Source: Hormiphora californensis
Taxonomy: Eukaryota > Animalia > Ctenophora
DNA: 64,000 nt
Assembly: GCA_020137815.1 (NCBI GenBank)
Contig: CM035358.1
Span: 5,518,001-5,582,000 of the forward strand
Direction of reading: 5' to 3'
The position numbers and the translations under genes were made by a program. The notes beneath the pieces are model-generated. The model was not told where the DNA came from. It did not search any database and saw nothing but the letters and a program-made list of their open reading frames with translations. Shown here piece after piece: positions 1 to 14,291 of the stretch (position 1 is its first letter; each line of letters begins with the position of its first letter).

Positions 1-1638
1 GACAGAGAGGTGTAATAGCGTGTTTCCGGGCTAGTTTGTGGGTGTCCATGTGATCATGATGATATCTGACACCTTTTCTGAGCCATGATTAAGGGATTTT
101 CTCAAATTCAAGCATGTGACTTGGTTTTTCTGCGATTAGTACCGTGCAGCAATGTTATGAGATCTCATAACACCTCAAAAATGATGATTATCTCAATGAA
201 ATGAGTTGATTTATGATTGAAAAGATTAAAACCGATGTCAAATTGAACGAAACGAACAATTACATCATAAATCAACTCATTTCATTGAGCTATACTAATC
301 ATCATTTTTGAGGTGTTATGAGATCTCATAACACTAGTAAGCCCGCTCGCCCTACGGGCGAATATGTCGGGGATGGTCAATGGTCATACAGTAAACTAAG
401 CAAATAGTGTAGTATCATTTGAAATTTTTAAAATCAGTAAATTTATCAGGTAAATTAACCACAGCGATTCCTTCGACAGAAAAACCACGGGTCCTCTTTT
501 GCCAGGTCCTGAAGTATTTTATGAAGGAGCACATAAATGCAAAATACTTTCACGTATTACTGCCATTTCTTATTAGTGCCATTGATACTTTGTTATTACG
601 TGTGTTGACAACATTTTTTGAATAATAATCCCCTCTTTTGTAGGATTCTATCACGTATTCTATAGGCGTCAGCGCCAGTTTGGGACATATGGCTCCTCCA
701 AACTCGCTGGCGATTGTGTTGAAGTTGAGTAGTCATGTTCACGAAACATGGTGAACAGGGGGTGAACAGATCAAATCGAGCAAACGATCAATCACACAAC
801 CGGCAGAGAGATGAATCAAGGATGCACGTGCAGTTTAAGGCTCAAGCTGGCAGGTTGCCAGGGTCATTTCCAGGAATGTTGTGCCATATTTGGTAAAAAA
901 AACCATCACCCATCATTTCCCTATTTGCTTTAATAATAGTATGATTGCTGCACGGTACTAATCGCAGAAAAACCAAGTCACATGCTTGAATTTGAGAAAA
1001 TCCCTTAATCATGGCTCAGAAAAGGTGTCAGATATCATCATGATCACATGGACACCCCCAAACTAGCCCGGAAACACGCTATTACACCTCTCTGTCATTG
1101 CAGGACATGGGCGAAACAAAACCCAAACCTTTTCATCACTTTAGGGATGTTGGTTCCTGAATGAACGGAATGAACTAACAAAAATGAAAAATGAACTTTG
1201 ATCTTTGGCCTTGATTTTTCTTGTGAGCAAAGATCTTTGCTTATCCAATGTTTTCCCAAATTTCTAAGAAGATTGAACGAAAGGTAGCTGTGATACAGCT
1301 CGCTGAATGTCGCAAAAAGAGCCAAAATCATGTATGAACATTTTCTCAACTGCTGAGTGACCTGGTGCTTCAATTTCATTTTCATGGTGCCCATTGGAAA
1401 GATAAATTCAAGCCAAAGAAAAATAGCATAATGATGGAAAATTAGGATGCTCACATCATGAATGAACGAGAAATGAATGAAGGAATGAAAAATTAATTTT
1501 CGAATTTTTGACAAAAAATTATGGAAAAAGTTACCAAGGAATTGATCCAGAGTGCTCCCATAATTTTTATTCTCACAACTATCACCGTTTTGACGCACCA
1601 CCTCGCTAACCATGACCAACAATCCGTGGCCCACCTTG
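1..1638. mobile_element. Non-autonomous foldback DNA transposon (Tc1/mariner-like terminus), left arm cut by window edge; same family as 27487-29043
   Basis: 1-152 is the reverse complement of 945-1096; central hairpin at 152-333; right end CCACCTTG followed by TA (1639-40); 945-1638 is a diverged copy of 28352-29043. Confidence 0.85.
334..944 (-). mobile_element. Non-autonomous Helitron (611 bp) inserted in the foldback
   Basis: Minus strand reads A|TCATACTATTATT...CGCCCGTAGGGCG (hairpin)...TTACTAG|T, with no TSD; the empty site (ctcaaca|ttgctgcacg) is visible in the related element at ~28346-28362. Confidence 0.9.
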
Positions 1639-2045
1639 TATAAACGATTCGTGTGTTTTTTCAGAGAATTGGCACACAATCGGTCGATTATATGCAGATG
1701 GAATTATCTGACTCTACTCTCAGGACAATCCGCAGCCTTAAGAGTTTAAGGGTCCTCTAACCTACTGCAACAAATACATGGCCTTAGACAGCGTAGAGTG
1801 ATTCCTTATATTGCCCTGTTAGTTATAGGTATGTTGCAACTTGCATTCATCCACACATTTTTAACTTCACTTTCCTGACATTCACACTAACGTACATTAA
1901 AACTTGCATTTCGTTCAGCAGCTTTGATTATCAACTGTGTATCAAGCTGCTGATGGGTAAATTCCTGCCAGATTAGTGTGTGTATTCGCAGCAAGAACAA
2001 CGTGTATATGTACACGTGTTCCTTTCTAATGGTACTATATCACAC

Positions 2046-2049
<4 letters not shown>

Positions 2050-2128
<79 letters not shown>
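2050..2128. repeat. (CT)n/(GA)n microsatellite, representative of many (also ~3398-3486, 4114-4227, 5003-5110, 8044-8130, 12380-12450, 12590-12910, 16544-16670, 18175-18225, 20000-20042, 51188-51373, 52262-52396, 52625-52870)
   Basis: Direct reading of long dinucleotide tracts. Confidence 0.97.
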
Positions 2129-2135
<7 letters not shown>

Positions 2136-2292
2136 TCCCTATCTCTATCTCTCGCCAATATCTCAATACCTAAGGACATATAGAACCACAGCCTTAGAGA
2201 ATTGTGTGATATAGTCATCTTCTCCATTGCGGCATTGCATCTTGGGAGGAAGAAGATTTGTTGTTGGAGATCTCTGTCTCGACAGAGTTTAT

Positions 2293-2347
2293 ATGGCGTT
2301 TGTCCGAGCAGCGGCAGGAGCAAGCGTCCGAACTCCACCTAGAAGAG
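2293..2347 (+). CDS. Candidate alternative first coding exon of the Kv channel (MAFVRAAAGASVRTPPRR, phase 1)
   Basis: ATG-initiated, open to AG|GTAAGA donor; phase 1 matches the acceptor at 15103. Confidence 0.55.
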
Positions 2348-2599
2348 GTAAGAGTGTGACAGTGTGTGCTTGAATTGAAAAGCGCTGCCTTATCCTACGT
2401 ATGTGTGTGCTGGAACGTCTTTCCACTATAGTGGATATAGTTGCTATTTAAGATGAACAGGAGAATTATCTTCCTCTCTCATTTTGTGTTTTGTAGAATA
2501 TATATATTCGACGCCTTCGTATTATGATAGGCGCCCGAATGAAGTTGTGACTTGTCACTGTAGTCTTGTGGAGTAAATTATGTGACAAGTCACATAATT

Positions 2600-2889
2600 T
2601 AAAGTCAAATTTTTAACAAAGTGAACCGCTTGCGCGCGAAATGGTTTTCCAACGCACCACGGGAAAGTTTTTCCCCGATTGTTTCGAACATATCTCTGGC
2701 TCCTGATAAGATTAAGACTTGATCCCGGTTGCGTTAGAAAGAGAAAAACTGTATCTTTCCAATGCGACCAATGAAAAGTCTCTATGATCTTATCAGGAAC
2801 CGGATTTACCACACGCAAAAACTTTTCGCACACGGTGCGTGGAAAGTTTTTGTGTGCAAGCGGTTCGCTTTATTAAAAATCGGACTTTA
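2600..2889. mobile_element. Degenerate MITE with inverted ends and internal 'ctcctgataagat...atcttatcaggaaccgg' motif
   Basis: taaagtc...aaccgcttgc is inverted relative to gcaagcggtt...ggacttta; internal motif shared with 29395-29970 and 47050-47160. Confidence 0.55.
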
Positions 2890-3393
2890 CTGTGCAATTC
2901 ACAACTTGTTCTTTTTATTCTAACTGAGACTGATCGTTTTTGTGTAACCTCATTTTACTCAAAACTGACTGACGTAGTTGCAGATTCTTTAATCCATCAT
3001 CATCGCATTGAGTTAAAAAAGTGATCTCAAACGACAATCAATTAGTCCAGGTGTTTTAATTGTCGAGGCAGAATTAATGTGTCAGTAGTCGTTGTTGTTA
3101 CAGTTTAGTTTTCGATGTTCCTTGCTTTTCCATTTGAGGCAATGCTTTTATGTAAAAAGTTCAACGCCCTTGATGGGTCAAGTGCTTCACCTATAATAAT
3201 CTTTCTGGCAACATTTTAAAATGTTATGTAATTTCAATTCAGCATAATAATTCGACAACTTACGCTCTCTTACACGTTACAGCACTCTAATATACGTCAC
3301 TACTATTATACAACGTGTTGCTCTTCCCTCTTTTTAGACTTTCTAGACTCTGTATGGACTACAACACGTGTAGTGGAGGGTAGGTGGGGGAGA

Positions 3394-3488
<95 letters not shown>

Positions 3489-3675
3489 AGAGGGAATATA
3501 GTATTTGATAGGGCAAGCGATCAGCACGTGCCTGTACTGCACTGACCTACACTAGACACATACACACCCACACACACCCACACACTTAGTTGTTCTTTCA
3601 CTTTATTGTTTCTTTGTGTATAATTGATATTGAGTCACCCCTAATTACTCGACAAAGATTAACCTCACCGCAGTC

Positions 3676-3754
3676 ATGTGGGGCATGGTTGCGAACCAGC
3701 AGCAACGCCCGGAGGTCTCTCAATCTCACTGGCCACACCACCGCGGTAACGGAG
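3676..3754 (+). CDS. Candidate alternative first coding exon of Kv (MWGMVANQQQRPEVSQSHWPHHRGNG, phase 1)
   Basis: ATG open to GAG|GTAAGG; 79 nt = 26 codons + 1. Confidence 0.5.
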
Positions 3755-4113
3755 GTAAGGAAAAAGAGATGGGATAGAGAAATAGATAAGAAAAAGGAGA
3801 ACTAGATAATAGAAAGAGATGGGATAGAGAAATACAGATAGGAGAAACAGATTAAGTGATAGGTAGAAAGAGACTCTACTACTATATATTAGAGAAAAAA
3901 GAAGGAAAGTCAAATAAGAGGGAAAGTAAGCTGGCTTCAAGCAACTCTCTCAGCTCATGTCGACACCCTTGAATTCTTTGAAGAGACCTATACAAGACGT
4001 TAATTTGAGTATGTTGTGAGAGATGTGTGTACTGCCAAGATTTAGTTACGACTTTTAGGATTATATACTTTCATAATAGTACGGCATACGCAGAAGGGCA
4101 AGGATTTATCCTT

Positions 4114-4180
<67 letters not shown>

Positions 4181-4181
4181 G

Positions 4182-4229
<48 letters not shown>

Positions 4230-5065
4230 CTGGCGACTCCACGTTCATGTGTACCTCGATCGAATAGCCGACTAGAGATTAGAGGTTGCAGAAGCCTAGC
4301 TTGTATTTTACTCTCACTATATCACACGATCTTTTTACTCTCTCAATCCCTACACCTATAATCTATCTTCCTTTCTCTCTTTCGCCCTCCATTCCCATCT
4401 ATCTATCTTCCTTTCTCTCTTTCGCCCTATCTATCTTCCTTTCGCGGTCAGTACAGGAACTCTCTCCCTATTCCTCGCACCAAGGAGTTGACGTGTTCTA
4501 CATTACCTCCAATGACTCTTGGACCCTCTAGAGGATACACAAGCAAGGGGCCGGGGAGCTTGTATAAAAGTCTACAAAACACTGCTCTCTTTCTCCTTAA
4601 TCACTGATCCACTCCCAGCCCTCTCTCATTTTTTGCTTCTCATTGTTAGACGCTTCTTATTCTTCTTTGCCAGTATTATAATCACTTGCCTCTGCATTCA
4701 TCTGGTTCTTTCTACACTCATCTGGATCCCCCTTCGCTGTCCGAGATCAAGGTTCACTACAGCTGCATTAACAGGTAGTTTCAGCGGAAAAAAATAGTAA
4801 TCATCTTCATCAAATTCATGAACTCTGCAAACCCACCCACCTGACCTTCATTTAGCAGGGAGTGGTAAAACACGTAATGACGTGGAAAATTTCTGAGAAA
4901 TGTTTGAGTATCAATCACTCAAACTGTCATGGGCAGGAATGCTCAATCTTCTTTTCTTTCAATCACTATTACTCAGTACAGTTTACTAATTGCAGAAATA
5001 AAAGAGAGAGAGAGATAAGAGAGCGGAGAGAGAGAGAGAGAGAGAGAAGAGAGGACGATCGAGAA

Positions 5066-5103
<38 letters not shown>

Positions 5104-5890
5104 TGAGAGAGCAGCTCAGGGTGAATAGTGATTCTGCTGGTAGTTCAGTAGGTCACGTGCCATTCAACGAGGATTTCAATTGTCTGACATCAATTACTCT
5201 TCCTCTTCTCCACTACACCTCCACCTTCCGCCTCTCTGCATCTTCTTTAACTAAAACTGTACAACCCTCACTTGATTTTCTCCCTTTTTCTCTCTCTCTC
5301 TCTCTCACCATTTTTCTATCTCTATCTCTTTCTTTCTCTCTCTATCTTTATCTCTTTCTCTCTATTTCACTATCTCTTTCTTTCTTATTATCGATCTTTC
5401 CAATTCCATCAAATCCAGCTCTTCCGTCCACGTTTAACAAGATAGCTCATGCAAAATAGTTTGTATTTGCAACAAATATCCCTCCTTCTCCTCCTCCCCG
5501 ATATAATTGCTTTGCAATCCATTAGTGAACCACTTTTTGTTGACAGAACCACTTTTATTCTGGACCATTTCACATGCGTTCAAGATCTGTAATGGAAGCT
5601 GCTGTGCAATACTTCAAATCATCATGTTCATTGTTGAACTACCGCCATAAAAACTATTTCAGTATCTGTTTCAGCCCCAATTAAGATTTCTCATCGACTT
5701 TCTCTCAATCTCTGCACACCATTGTCGCCTGCACTAACTACCATATATTGTTGTCTTGTCTCTTCCGCAAGATTGTAAACGTTATATCCTGCAAACAGCT
5801 TAAAATTGAATTGAAAAAGGTTGAAAGATGTTTTGAGGACAACTGGAGGGAGGAAAAAGAAGAGATTGACTCCAGCTGAAAGTCGATACG

Positions 5891-5990
5891 ATGTTCATTT
5901 ATGCAGATATCAACAATGATGAAAACGATCGACCGGACCCGCTAGCACATCATAATCGCAACCATCAACAAAACCACCATGGAAGAGACA
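5891..5990 (+). CDS. Candidate alternative first coding exon of Kv (MFIYADINNDENDRPDPLAHHNRNHQQNHHGRD, phase 1)
   Basis: ATG open to ACA|GTAAGC; 100 nt = 33 codons + 1 (a phase-0 MEET reading from 5979 is also possible). Confidence 0.5.
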
Positions 5991-7770
5991 GTAAGCAATT
6001 AATTACATTTTAATTAAGAAGCTTAATTATAATCTTTATAAAACAATACGCTGTTTCATGTGACATGAAAGAAATCTCTTTTTTCTGTAAGAAATTGTTA
6101 CTCAACAAGTAATCGTAATAATCGCTTCGTATACTGATATTTGTGTGTCGTGTGACTTGTTAGGCCACAAGACCCGACGCCTTTTCACTGACTGATCGGT
6201 AAGATTCGGTCTCCATGAATGCATATTCGCAGTAGAACTCCATGAATGCCAAACAATTAAAGGTATTTTCAGTTAATTTAGATTCGACGGTGCTTATCTC
6301 TGATGACTTTATGCCGGGGTACCAGGGTCTAGGCAATAACCAATCACGTGACCAATGTTGCCATTTCTAATTTTTATTGATGCGGACTATCAATCAAATA
6401 GGAGGCCTATAAAGTATAGAAGTTCAGTCAGTGTCTTGATAAAATTGTAACAATGAACTGTAAATTACACCGAATTGCGAATCATTCATCAAATATATCG
6501 GTTCGTGTTCTTTTGGACACGATCTGCTTTTGGACACGACTCATAAGCTTTTGAAAAGAGTCCAGAAATGAAAAGATTGGAGCATCTTGGTAAAAATTAC
6601 ACGACAAGATCAATTAGCGGAAATGCACCGGTAGAAAAAGTTAATTACAGGCTGAAAATATAGCCGAAATGACGCCAGCTGCTGCAGATAGCCAACATGC
6701 AACTTTACTAAACCGTAAAATTGCAGGGAAAAATTGAGCAAGATAGGAAATTCCCGGATGAGAGAAGACAGAGAGAAGAGGTAGGATGCAGAGAGAAATG
6801 TAAGATAGAAAGATATAAAAATCGGAAAAGCTAAGGGAGAAAGGAATAATATGGTGATGGAAGTTACAGCCGTGATAAAATTACAAGACATTTGACAGAA
6901 TGGAGGTAGTATGGTTAGCACGAACCACGAGACATAATTACAGCAGCTGGCCTACCATTTTTATCAAGATTTTATTGTCCGAGGTCATTTTTTCTCCAGG
7001 AGGTCCGGAGGTAATACCAAATTTATGACTCTACGTAGACAAATATTAGCTCAGCCTTACTCAACAAGCTCAGCCAGTAGTGTTATCTTGGTGCTGTGTG
7101 GTTGTAAAGGCCGTGTTACTGTGTTAGTGATTCTATAGAAAAACTTGATAGAAACATGATAACCTAAAATCTAGAGGTTATCAAGTCTCTATCAAGACTC
7201 CTATGATCATTCATCCTCAACCTCTTAATATTAAATCCTCAAACTATATCGAACTCCGTACATATATCACCATGTATAATGCTTCTCTCACGGTATGTGA
7301 CATACTGATTCACAGTTCGATAGTTCCCCCTGCACTTCTATTTATATTTGGCCATAGCCCTAGTTTGTGCCCTTTCCAAAAAATTACAGTGAACAACGCA
7401 TTATGAGTTTCTGTTAGAGGAAAAAACTTGGCAGGAAAATTAATTTTGCTTTTACTGTTGATTTTCGTACTTGAGTTTAGCCACCCTCACACGCATACAA
7501 ACATCTGCAGTTTCGTCTTTCCGTCGTCTAAAAAATTTGGTTTGAACCTCTTCTATTCCAGCTTTCCAACTTTACCAAAGTTTCTCTCTAATTGGTCTGG
7601 CTATTATAGGCACCTACCCCGTCATTCACACCCCGCTAAACGCAATCTGCCATGTACAATCCCTCACAAGCAAGACCCGAATTGACTCCTTTCATGAAAC
7701 ATCTTCAGACTGCTCCTTCTCTAGCTATACATGGCTTTGTTCTTTGCGATACTATGATACCATCACAAAG

Positions 7771-7823
<53 letters not shown>

Positions 7824-8040
7824 AGTACTGTTCTGGGTTGATTTATGTGAACACATCCATTCTTTTGTTTGCAATATCACTTCTGAATGAGTTGTATGCG
7901 TGTGAGTGTCCTTTATTGTGAATTATCATGTAAATAAAACGGAAGCTGAAGGCTGGGATCTCTCTCTCTTCCTTTCACTATATTACCGAAGTTCGAACTC
8001 TAGGTCGACTTTGAGTTCAAACTTCGGTAATATAGTGAAA

Positions 8041-8114
<74 letters not shown>

Positions 8115-9005
8115 GAGAGAGTGAGAGAGATTGAATGCCGGAGTGTGATCATAGTGCAAAATGAGATAGAGTTGTAAGAAGAACGATAAGATTGAGGCGG
8201 TAAAAAGAGATAGAAATATATAGAGAGTGTGAGGAGGGCAAAAAGAGAACGAGAGATCAGAGAGAGAGAAAGAGATGGTTGTGTTTCTCATTATCGCTCA
8301 CGTTATATTGTGGACTAGCTGGCCTGACTACCACCATTACCACTAATATAGAGTGCACACACACGCTCTATTCCACACTTCTTCTACCGTAGATCTCGAT
8401 TAAAGCTCTTAATAATATACCTCTGGTACAAGCTCGTTTTTGTGTATATTTGAGTGATAATAAATAATAGTTGTATAGCTGGGAAGTTTTGCTCGGGAAG
8501 AGGATTTTTATCCGGTTTGGTTTTGGGTACTCAAGCTTCTTTTCCTCAACCGTCGATGACCTGAGGGTAAGTCTATGAAATCCAATAGTTTTTTCTTGAA
8601 ATTAAATATTTTGTGCGTTAGGCCATTATCAACTCACTTATACTAAGGATTGACACACGCCAATGTTATGATGAATGCTTGTTTTGAATACCACATGCTT
8701 GTAAAGTTAAAACCCTTCCTTTAAAAGATTTGTCGTGGGGAGAGAGGGTCGAGCAAGTTTACACTGTAGTAGCTGCTAGTAGCAATCAATTACTCATCTT
8801 CAGTCAGGCCAATGCTCTGCCCATCTTCAAATCCACGTACCATTGGTACGTGGATTTGTACGTGGGCTGACGTACATAATTTCCAGTCTTCATGTATTGG
8901 CCCAACTCTAACTAACATTATAATTGCTATAACTAACCAGGATTAGGGCGAGCACGTCCCACCTAGATTTCTCTCTGAATCAGGGTGTTTCTCTCTCCCT
9001 CGCTA

Positions 9006-9036
<31 letters not shown>

Positions 9037-9386
9037 CTCACACTATCTCTCTCTCTCTATCTCTCTCTCTCTCTCTCTGATCGTTCCCACTTTGATCCTG
9101 ACAAATGCTGTGTCTGCACTTCCGGCTCTTCAACTACCCAATGGCATTCACCTAACAATGAAACATACTTCAGTCAAAAGTCACTTCAAGCATCCTTTCT
9201 TCTAATCTTCTATAACACTTCCTTTATTTTGTCGATCCTCATATTTGTATTGATCACTTTCAAAAAATCTCTATAACGGAAAGGAGACTTTCTGAATTTT
9301 TATCCAATCATCCTAATCAAGGTCCGATCTTATAATTGGACATGGGATAATTTTTACCAATCAATCGTTCGTTATCCAGCCATTAA

Positions 9387-10689
9387 GGGTACACCTGGCG
9401 TTTTTCATCATCGAGTGCCCAACCAAATGACTTCACCAGGGTTTAGGCCATACAAAATGGACCTCAAATATGCAATTTTAGCCCTAAAGTCGAATTCATA
9501 TTTTTGCTACAGCCTATTTTCAAAGTGGCGTTTTTTCAATTTTTGTTGAAATTTTTAACCTCAGGACCACTTTTTTTGAGATAGAAACATTAAATTCTTG
9601 GAATTTGAAGAGAATATAAAGGTGAATAAGCCCAAAGAAGGATTTTTGAAATGGAGCTTATTTCTGGCCATGAGAACGGTTTACTTTTTTGCTTCTTTGA
9701 CACGCTGGCTGAGAATGTTCCCATGCTTCATTAGAGATGAAAATCTGGAAATAGTTGCTCAAAACGATTATCTATGTGGCCCAAAAATTTTGGAACTTTC
9801 ACGCCAAAGATGTGGTGTACAGAGCTTGTTTTGTGAAACCCGTCTTTTTGAAAAAGAGGGAAATTCCCTGTATCTCAAAAACGGATGATCGTAGAGACCT
9901 GGGACCAAGCTTAATCGATTCAGAAGGTCCGATTTTGGGGGGGTCTTCTGAGAGACATTTTGCTCCTACTCCAACCGATTTTGCTGTAATTGCAAAAAAC
10001 CAATTCTATGAAAAGGGGAAACAACTCTATTCCAGTAGCCTGCTTCGGGCTGATTTCCCCCTTACTTGCTGATACTTTTTTCGCAATTACAGCAAAAACG
10101 GTTGGAGTAGGAGCAAAATGTCTCTCAGAAGACCCCCCCAAAATCGGACCTTCTGAATCGATTAAGCTTGGTCCCAGGTCTCTACGATCATCCGTTTTTG
10201 AGATACAGGAAATTTCCCTCTTTTTCAAAAAGACGGGTTTCACAAAACAAGCTCTGTACACCATATCTTTGGCGGGAAAGTTCCAAAATTTTTGGGCCAC
10301 ATAGATAATCGTTTTGAGCAACTATTTCCAGATTTTCATCTCTAATGAAGCATGGGAACATTCTCAGCCAGCGTGTCAAAGAAGCAAAAAAGTAAACCGT
10401 TCTCATGGCCAGAAATAAGCTCCATTTCAAAAATCCTTCTTTGGGCTTATTCACCTTTATATTCTCTTCAAATTCCAAGAATTTAATGTTTCTATCTCAA
10501 AAAAAGTGGTCCTGAGGTTAAAAATTTCAACAAAAATTGAAAAAACGCCACTTTGAAAATAGGCTGTAGCAAAAATATGAATTCGACTTTAGGGCTAAAA
10601 TTGCATATTTGAGGTCCATTTTGTATGGCCTAAACCCTGGTGAAGTCATTTGGTTGGGCACTCGATGATGAAAAACGCCAGGTGTACCC
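9387..10689. mobile_element. 1303-bp almost fully palindromic non-autonomous transposon with TTAA TSD (Kolobok-like termini), copy 1
   Basis: TTAA|GGGTACACCTGGCG...CGCCAGGTGTACCC|TTAA; arms of ~610 bp; purine-starting termini argue against piggyBac (which starts CC). Confidence 0.92.
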
Positions 10690-10854
10690 TTAATAACTAC
10701 AGCTGTTATTGCCAGTTATATTCTGCTTAGTGCTTATATATATATATTGAAAATCATATTTACTTGCTGTTGTCTTTTGATAACTTCGATTGGTCCAACC
10801 TCTTTGTTTTGCAAAAACCTTCAACTAACTCCCAGCACACCTTCAACCACAAAG

Positions 10855-10963
10855 CAGGAACCGACCGAAACAAGTAAACAACCAATCAGAACTCGATATT
10901 GAGGTCACGTGACTGGTTATCAGCCAATCAGGGACCAGTATTTCCTGATTCGGTCGGTTCCTA
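10855..10963. mobile_element. Short hAT-type MITE (CAGGAACCGACCG... family), copy 1
   Basis: TIR aggaaccgaccgaa/ttcggtcggttcct; 8-bp flanks ccacaaag/ccataaag; other copies at 36692 and 53073. Confidence 0.8.
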
Positions 10964-12378
10964 CCATAAAGCTAACATAAGAAACTCCTAGCACGTGCAG
11001 CGATCTACACTTGTTGAGATTTAGATCATGTTTGTTAACTACGTATCCAGCACAGTGACTCTGAACAACACTGCCCAAGATCACGAGCCTTTCTACAGTG
11101 GATTTAACAACAACCATCTGAACCCCACCCGAAAAAGGGTGTCCTCTGCTGAGTTTACCAAAGCGGATCCAGGATTAGAAGTGGTCGGAGTGAATAGAGA
11201 AAGATCCGGTTCTGTCATTTGTGACAGTAAAGGTACTATGAATTGAAGTAGTGCTATTATAATGGCTTCCTCTTATGAAGCTCTCATCTCCATCTTTCAA
11301 TCTCTCTTTCTCTCTCTCTCTCCCTCTTTGTCTTGTCTGATGAATCATTCAAATAGTGTACGTCTATAAGGGCCTTTGACCTTTGTATTAAACAAGGCTG
11401 GTATAGAGTGAACACTGAACACTGTTAAGCGTGTGCACTGCAGCAAGCGTACACAGAATTAACAGAAAACCTAGTTGTCTTTGGGCGTTTGCAAATCCGT
11501 TTAGGCGTTACATCAGATGCAGACATTTAAGACCTCGGTCACCAAAGTCGATACTTAATTCCAATATTCAATTATACTTCAGCTCTACGCCTTATTATAC
11601 ATGCCTGTTACAACGTACATTACTGTTCCATATTACTGAACACTATAAACTTTGCAATGAACACTACCTTTGCAATGATCCTCTTTTCGTTGTCTATCTC
11701 TTTCCCTCTGTCTAACTCTCTTTCTCTCTGTCTATCACTCTTTCTCGTCTATCTATCACTCTTTCTGTCTATCACTCTTTCTCGTCTATCTATCACTCTT
11801 TCTCTGTCTATCACTCTTTCTCGTCTATCTATCACTCTTTTCTCTCTGTCTATCAATCTTTCTCTCTGTCTATCAATCTTTCTCTCTGTCTATCCCTATT
11901 TCTTTCTGTCTATCTCTATTTCCCTCTGTCTATCAATCTTTCTCTCTGTCTATTTTCCTCTGCATCTTGTGTGTCTGTGAAAGGAGTCAGAATTTGGCTT
12001 ATGATGATGGTTTCCAGCCGCGACAATAATTGCTCTCTTGATAATCACAGAGAGAGAAGGAGAGAGGGGGATAGTGAAGGAGAGAGAGTTGTGAGCGAGT
12101 GAGTAAGAGCAAATCAAGAAAACTTCCAGCGATAGATCTCTCTTTTTGGACAGCTATCTCCTCTTTTCTTTCTAACTTTCTCTATTTCTTTGATATTTAT
12201 CTATATCTATTTGACTGATCTTTCTTTTTCTGAAGTCCATGATCGTTTCATGTTTGAACTCTCGGTTGAACTGTCTCTCCCGCACAACCATCGGATAGTA
12301 ATGCTAGGCAGCCGAGATTTAAATATACCAAATGAGAGCGAAAGAGATAGAGAGAAATATCGGGAGATAGATAGATAG

Positions 12379-12452
<74 letters not shown>

Positions 12453-12590
12453 GAAGAGAACGATGGATTTGACCTAGAAGGAGAGAGAAGTGAAGATGAT
12501 AATGCTTGATTAGCAATCAGTTAGCGCTTTGCACTTCTCCAGATTTCCTACGTATAACCATGATCCCTAGCAAGGAATAACCGTAATCTT

Positions 12591-12658
<68 letters not shown>

Positions 12659-13158
12659 TCTCTCTCTCGTCTCTTTCTCAATTTATTTGTCTCTCTCTCA
12701 CTTCCACTACCACATACTATCTTTACCTATCTATCTCTCATTCTCTCATTCTCTCTCTATCTCTCATTCTCCATACCCTTTCTCTCTCTATCCTTTCTCG
12801 CTCTCTATCCCTTCTATTTCTCTTTCTCTCTCCCCTCTCTCTGACTCTCTCCCTCTCTGACTCTCTCCCTCTCTGACTCTCTGACTCTCTCCCTCTCTCT
12901 CTCTCTCTTCAATTGCAGAACGATTGAGTTAACCGTTCATTTGCTACTTTAGCTTTCTTTATCTTTTTGCCAACTACTGCATAACTCTACGCACGGTAGT
13001 GTGACGTGTGTTCCTGCAAGTGGGTGTGTGCTGCACTCCCTCCCCCCGATAATAAATTGAAGAGATCTGCAAGCTGGGTGGCAGGAACACACTTGAATAG
13101 AGGAGGAGCACCAGAACACGTTGAATACTACCATCATCATCTCCATCATCTCCTCCTC

Positions 13159-13213
13159 ATGCATTTTTCAATATCATCGGCCTTGCCCGTGCCCCAGCTC
13201 GCCGCACAACAAG
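13159..13213 (+). CDS. Candidate alternative first coding exon of Kv (MHFSISSALPVPQLAAQQ, phase 1)
   Basis: ATG open to AAG|GTAAAG; 55 nt = 18 codons + 1. Confidence 0.45.
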
Positions 13214-13821
13214 GTAAAGTTACCCACTTTTCAGAGTTCATATTATGTAGATCATAGCTGCACATTGTGTGATTGTCCTTGCCTCCTCGTTTTGAACTCA
13301 CATAATGAGCAGTGGAGATGCTGAGTTTAGCCTTCTAGACTAGTTTTATGTCCCGTTTAGACAGCTGTAATATGGTCATATTATTTTCAATTAACTATGA
13401 ATCATATTACTCCTGCCAATTAGTGGTATGATGGGAGAACAGCTGCTGTTGCACGTCTCTAATCGATCCAGCTCCTGAGTACTATCATTTTCTAGACACG
13501 GTTATGCCAGGACTCTTTCTACCAGTAAACTGAGTCTCCATGACCACAGAAGTACAGCTTCCATTATTCAGTGATCTTGAACTATATATTCACTGTTCTT
13601 GAACAATGCTTGAACTATAATACTTTAAGCTGTGCCCGGGTTTTGCTCCAACTATATCTCCTATTCTATCTGTTCACAGATTCCATCTCTCTCACTCCTT
13701 TCAATTTATAAGATAGAGAGGTTTATTTTTCCTTAATTTGGACGCTCAATAACATCTGCTAATTATTCGGCATGAATAGTTAAATTAGTTATATACACAT
13801 ACCCCTCTCTCTCTTACAATT

Positions 13822-13853
<32 letters not shown>

Positions 13854-14005
13854 GTACAGTACTGCAGCAAATACAGGAGGCGTGAATGGTTGAACCAATA
13901 TTGAGTGGTGAAGTTGTTATGAGCTGCTGTAATTCCACTATTTCCGTTCAGTCAGTGTGTCGAAAGTAGATCGATAACAGATCCAGATACCAGTTCTTCC
14001 GTTTG

Positions 14006-14291
14006 ATGAGCTCTTTGAAGGCAAAACAATCCTTAATCTGTATACGGTTTTTGGAAGCTTGCTTCAATCACTGGCGGAAGGCAATACTGATTTTTCTCTG
14101 TGGCCCAGTCTACACGAATTGTTCTCTTGCATATTGTACCACCCTGGCCCTATCTCAAAGCTTGTCATATTCTTCCAACGGGGTCCATTCGTTCAAGGTC
14201 AATAATGGTGGTGCCCCTGGGGTTCTCTCGGGGTACAGCAGCTGTCAGACGGCGCTCCTTGTCCACAGAGCCAAGAACAATTTCCGGAGAG
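14006..14291 (+). CDS. Candidate alternative first coding exon of Kv (95 aa, MSSLKAKQ...KNNFRR, phase 1)
   Basis: 286 nt open frame ending GAG|GTAGTA; weaker donor; a phase-0 reading from ATG 14205 is also open. Confidence 0.4.

Noticed and set aside
1095-1679. 194-aa minus-strand ORF
   Set aside because: It lies in a foldback arm, is not preserved at full length in the 27.5-29 kb relative, and has no domain
9598-10478. Repeated ORFs MEFEENIK.../MLKTIIYV... (also at 20718-21598 and 32724-33132)
   Set aside because: Short, mostly TTG-initiated, no recognisable domain; they recur only because they lie in palindromic transposon arms
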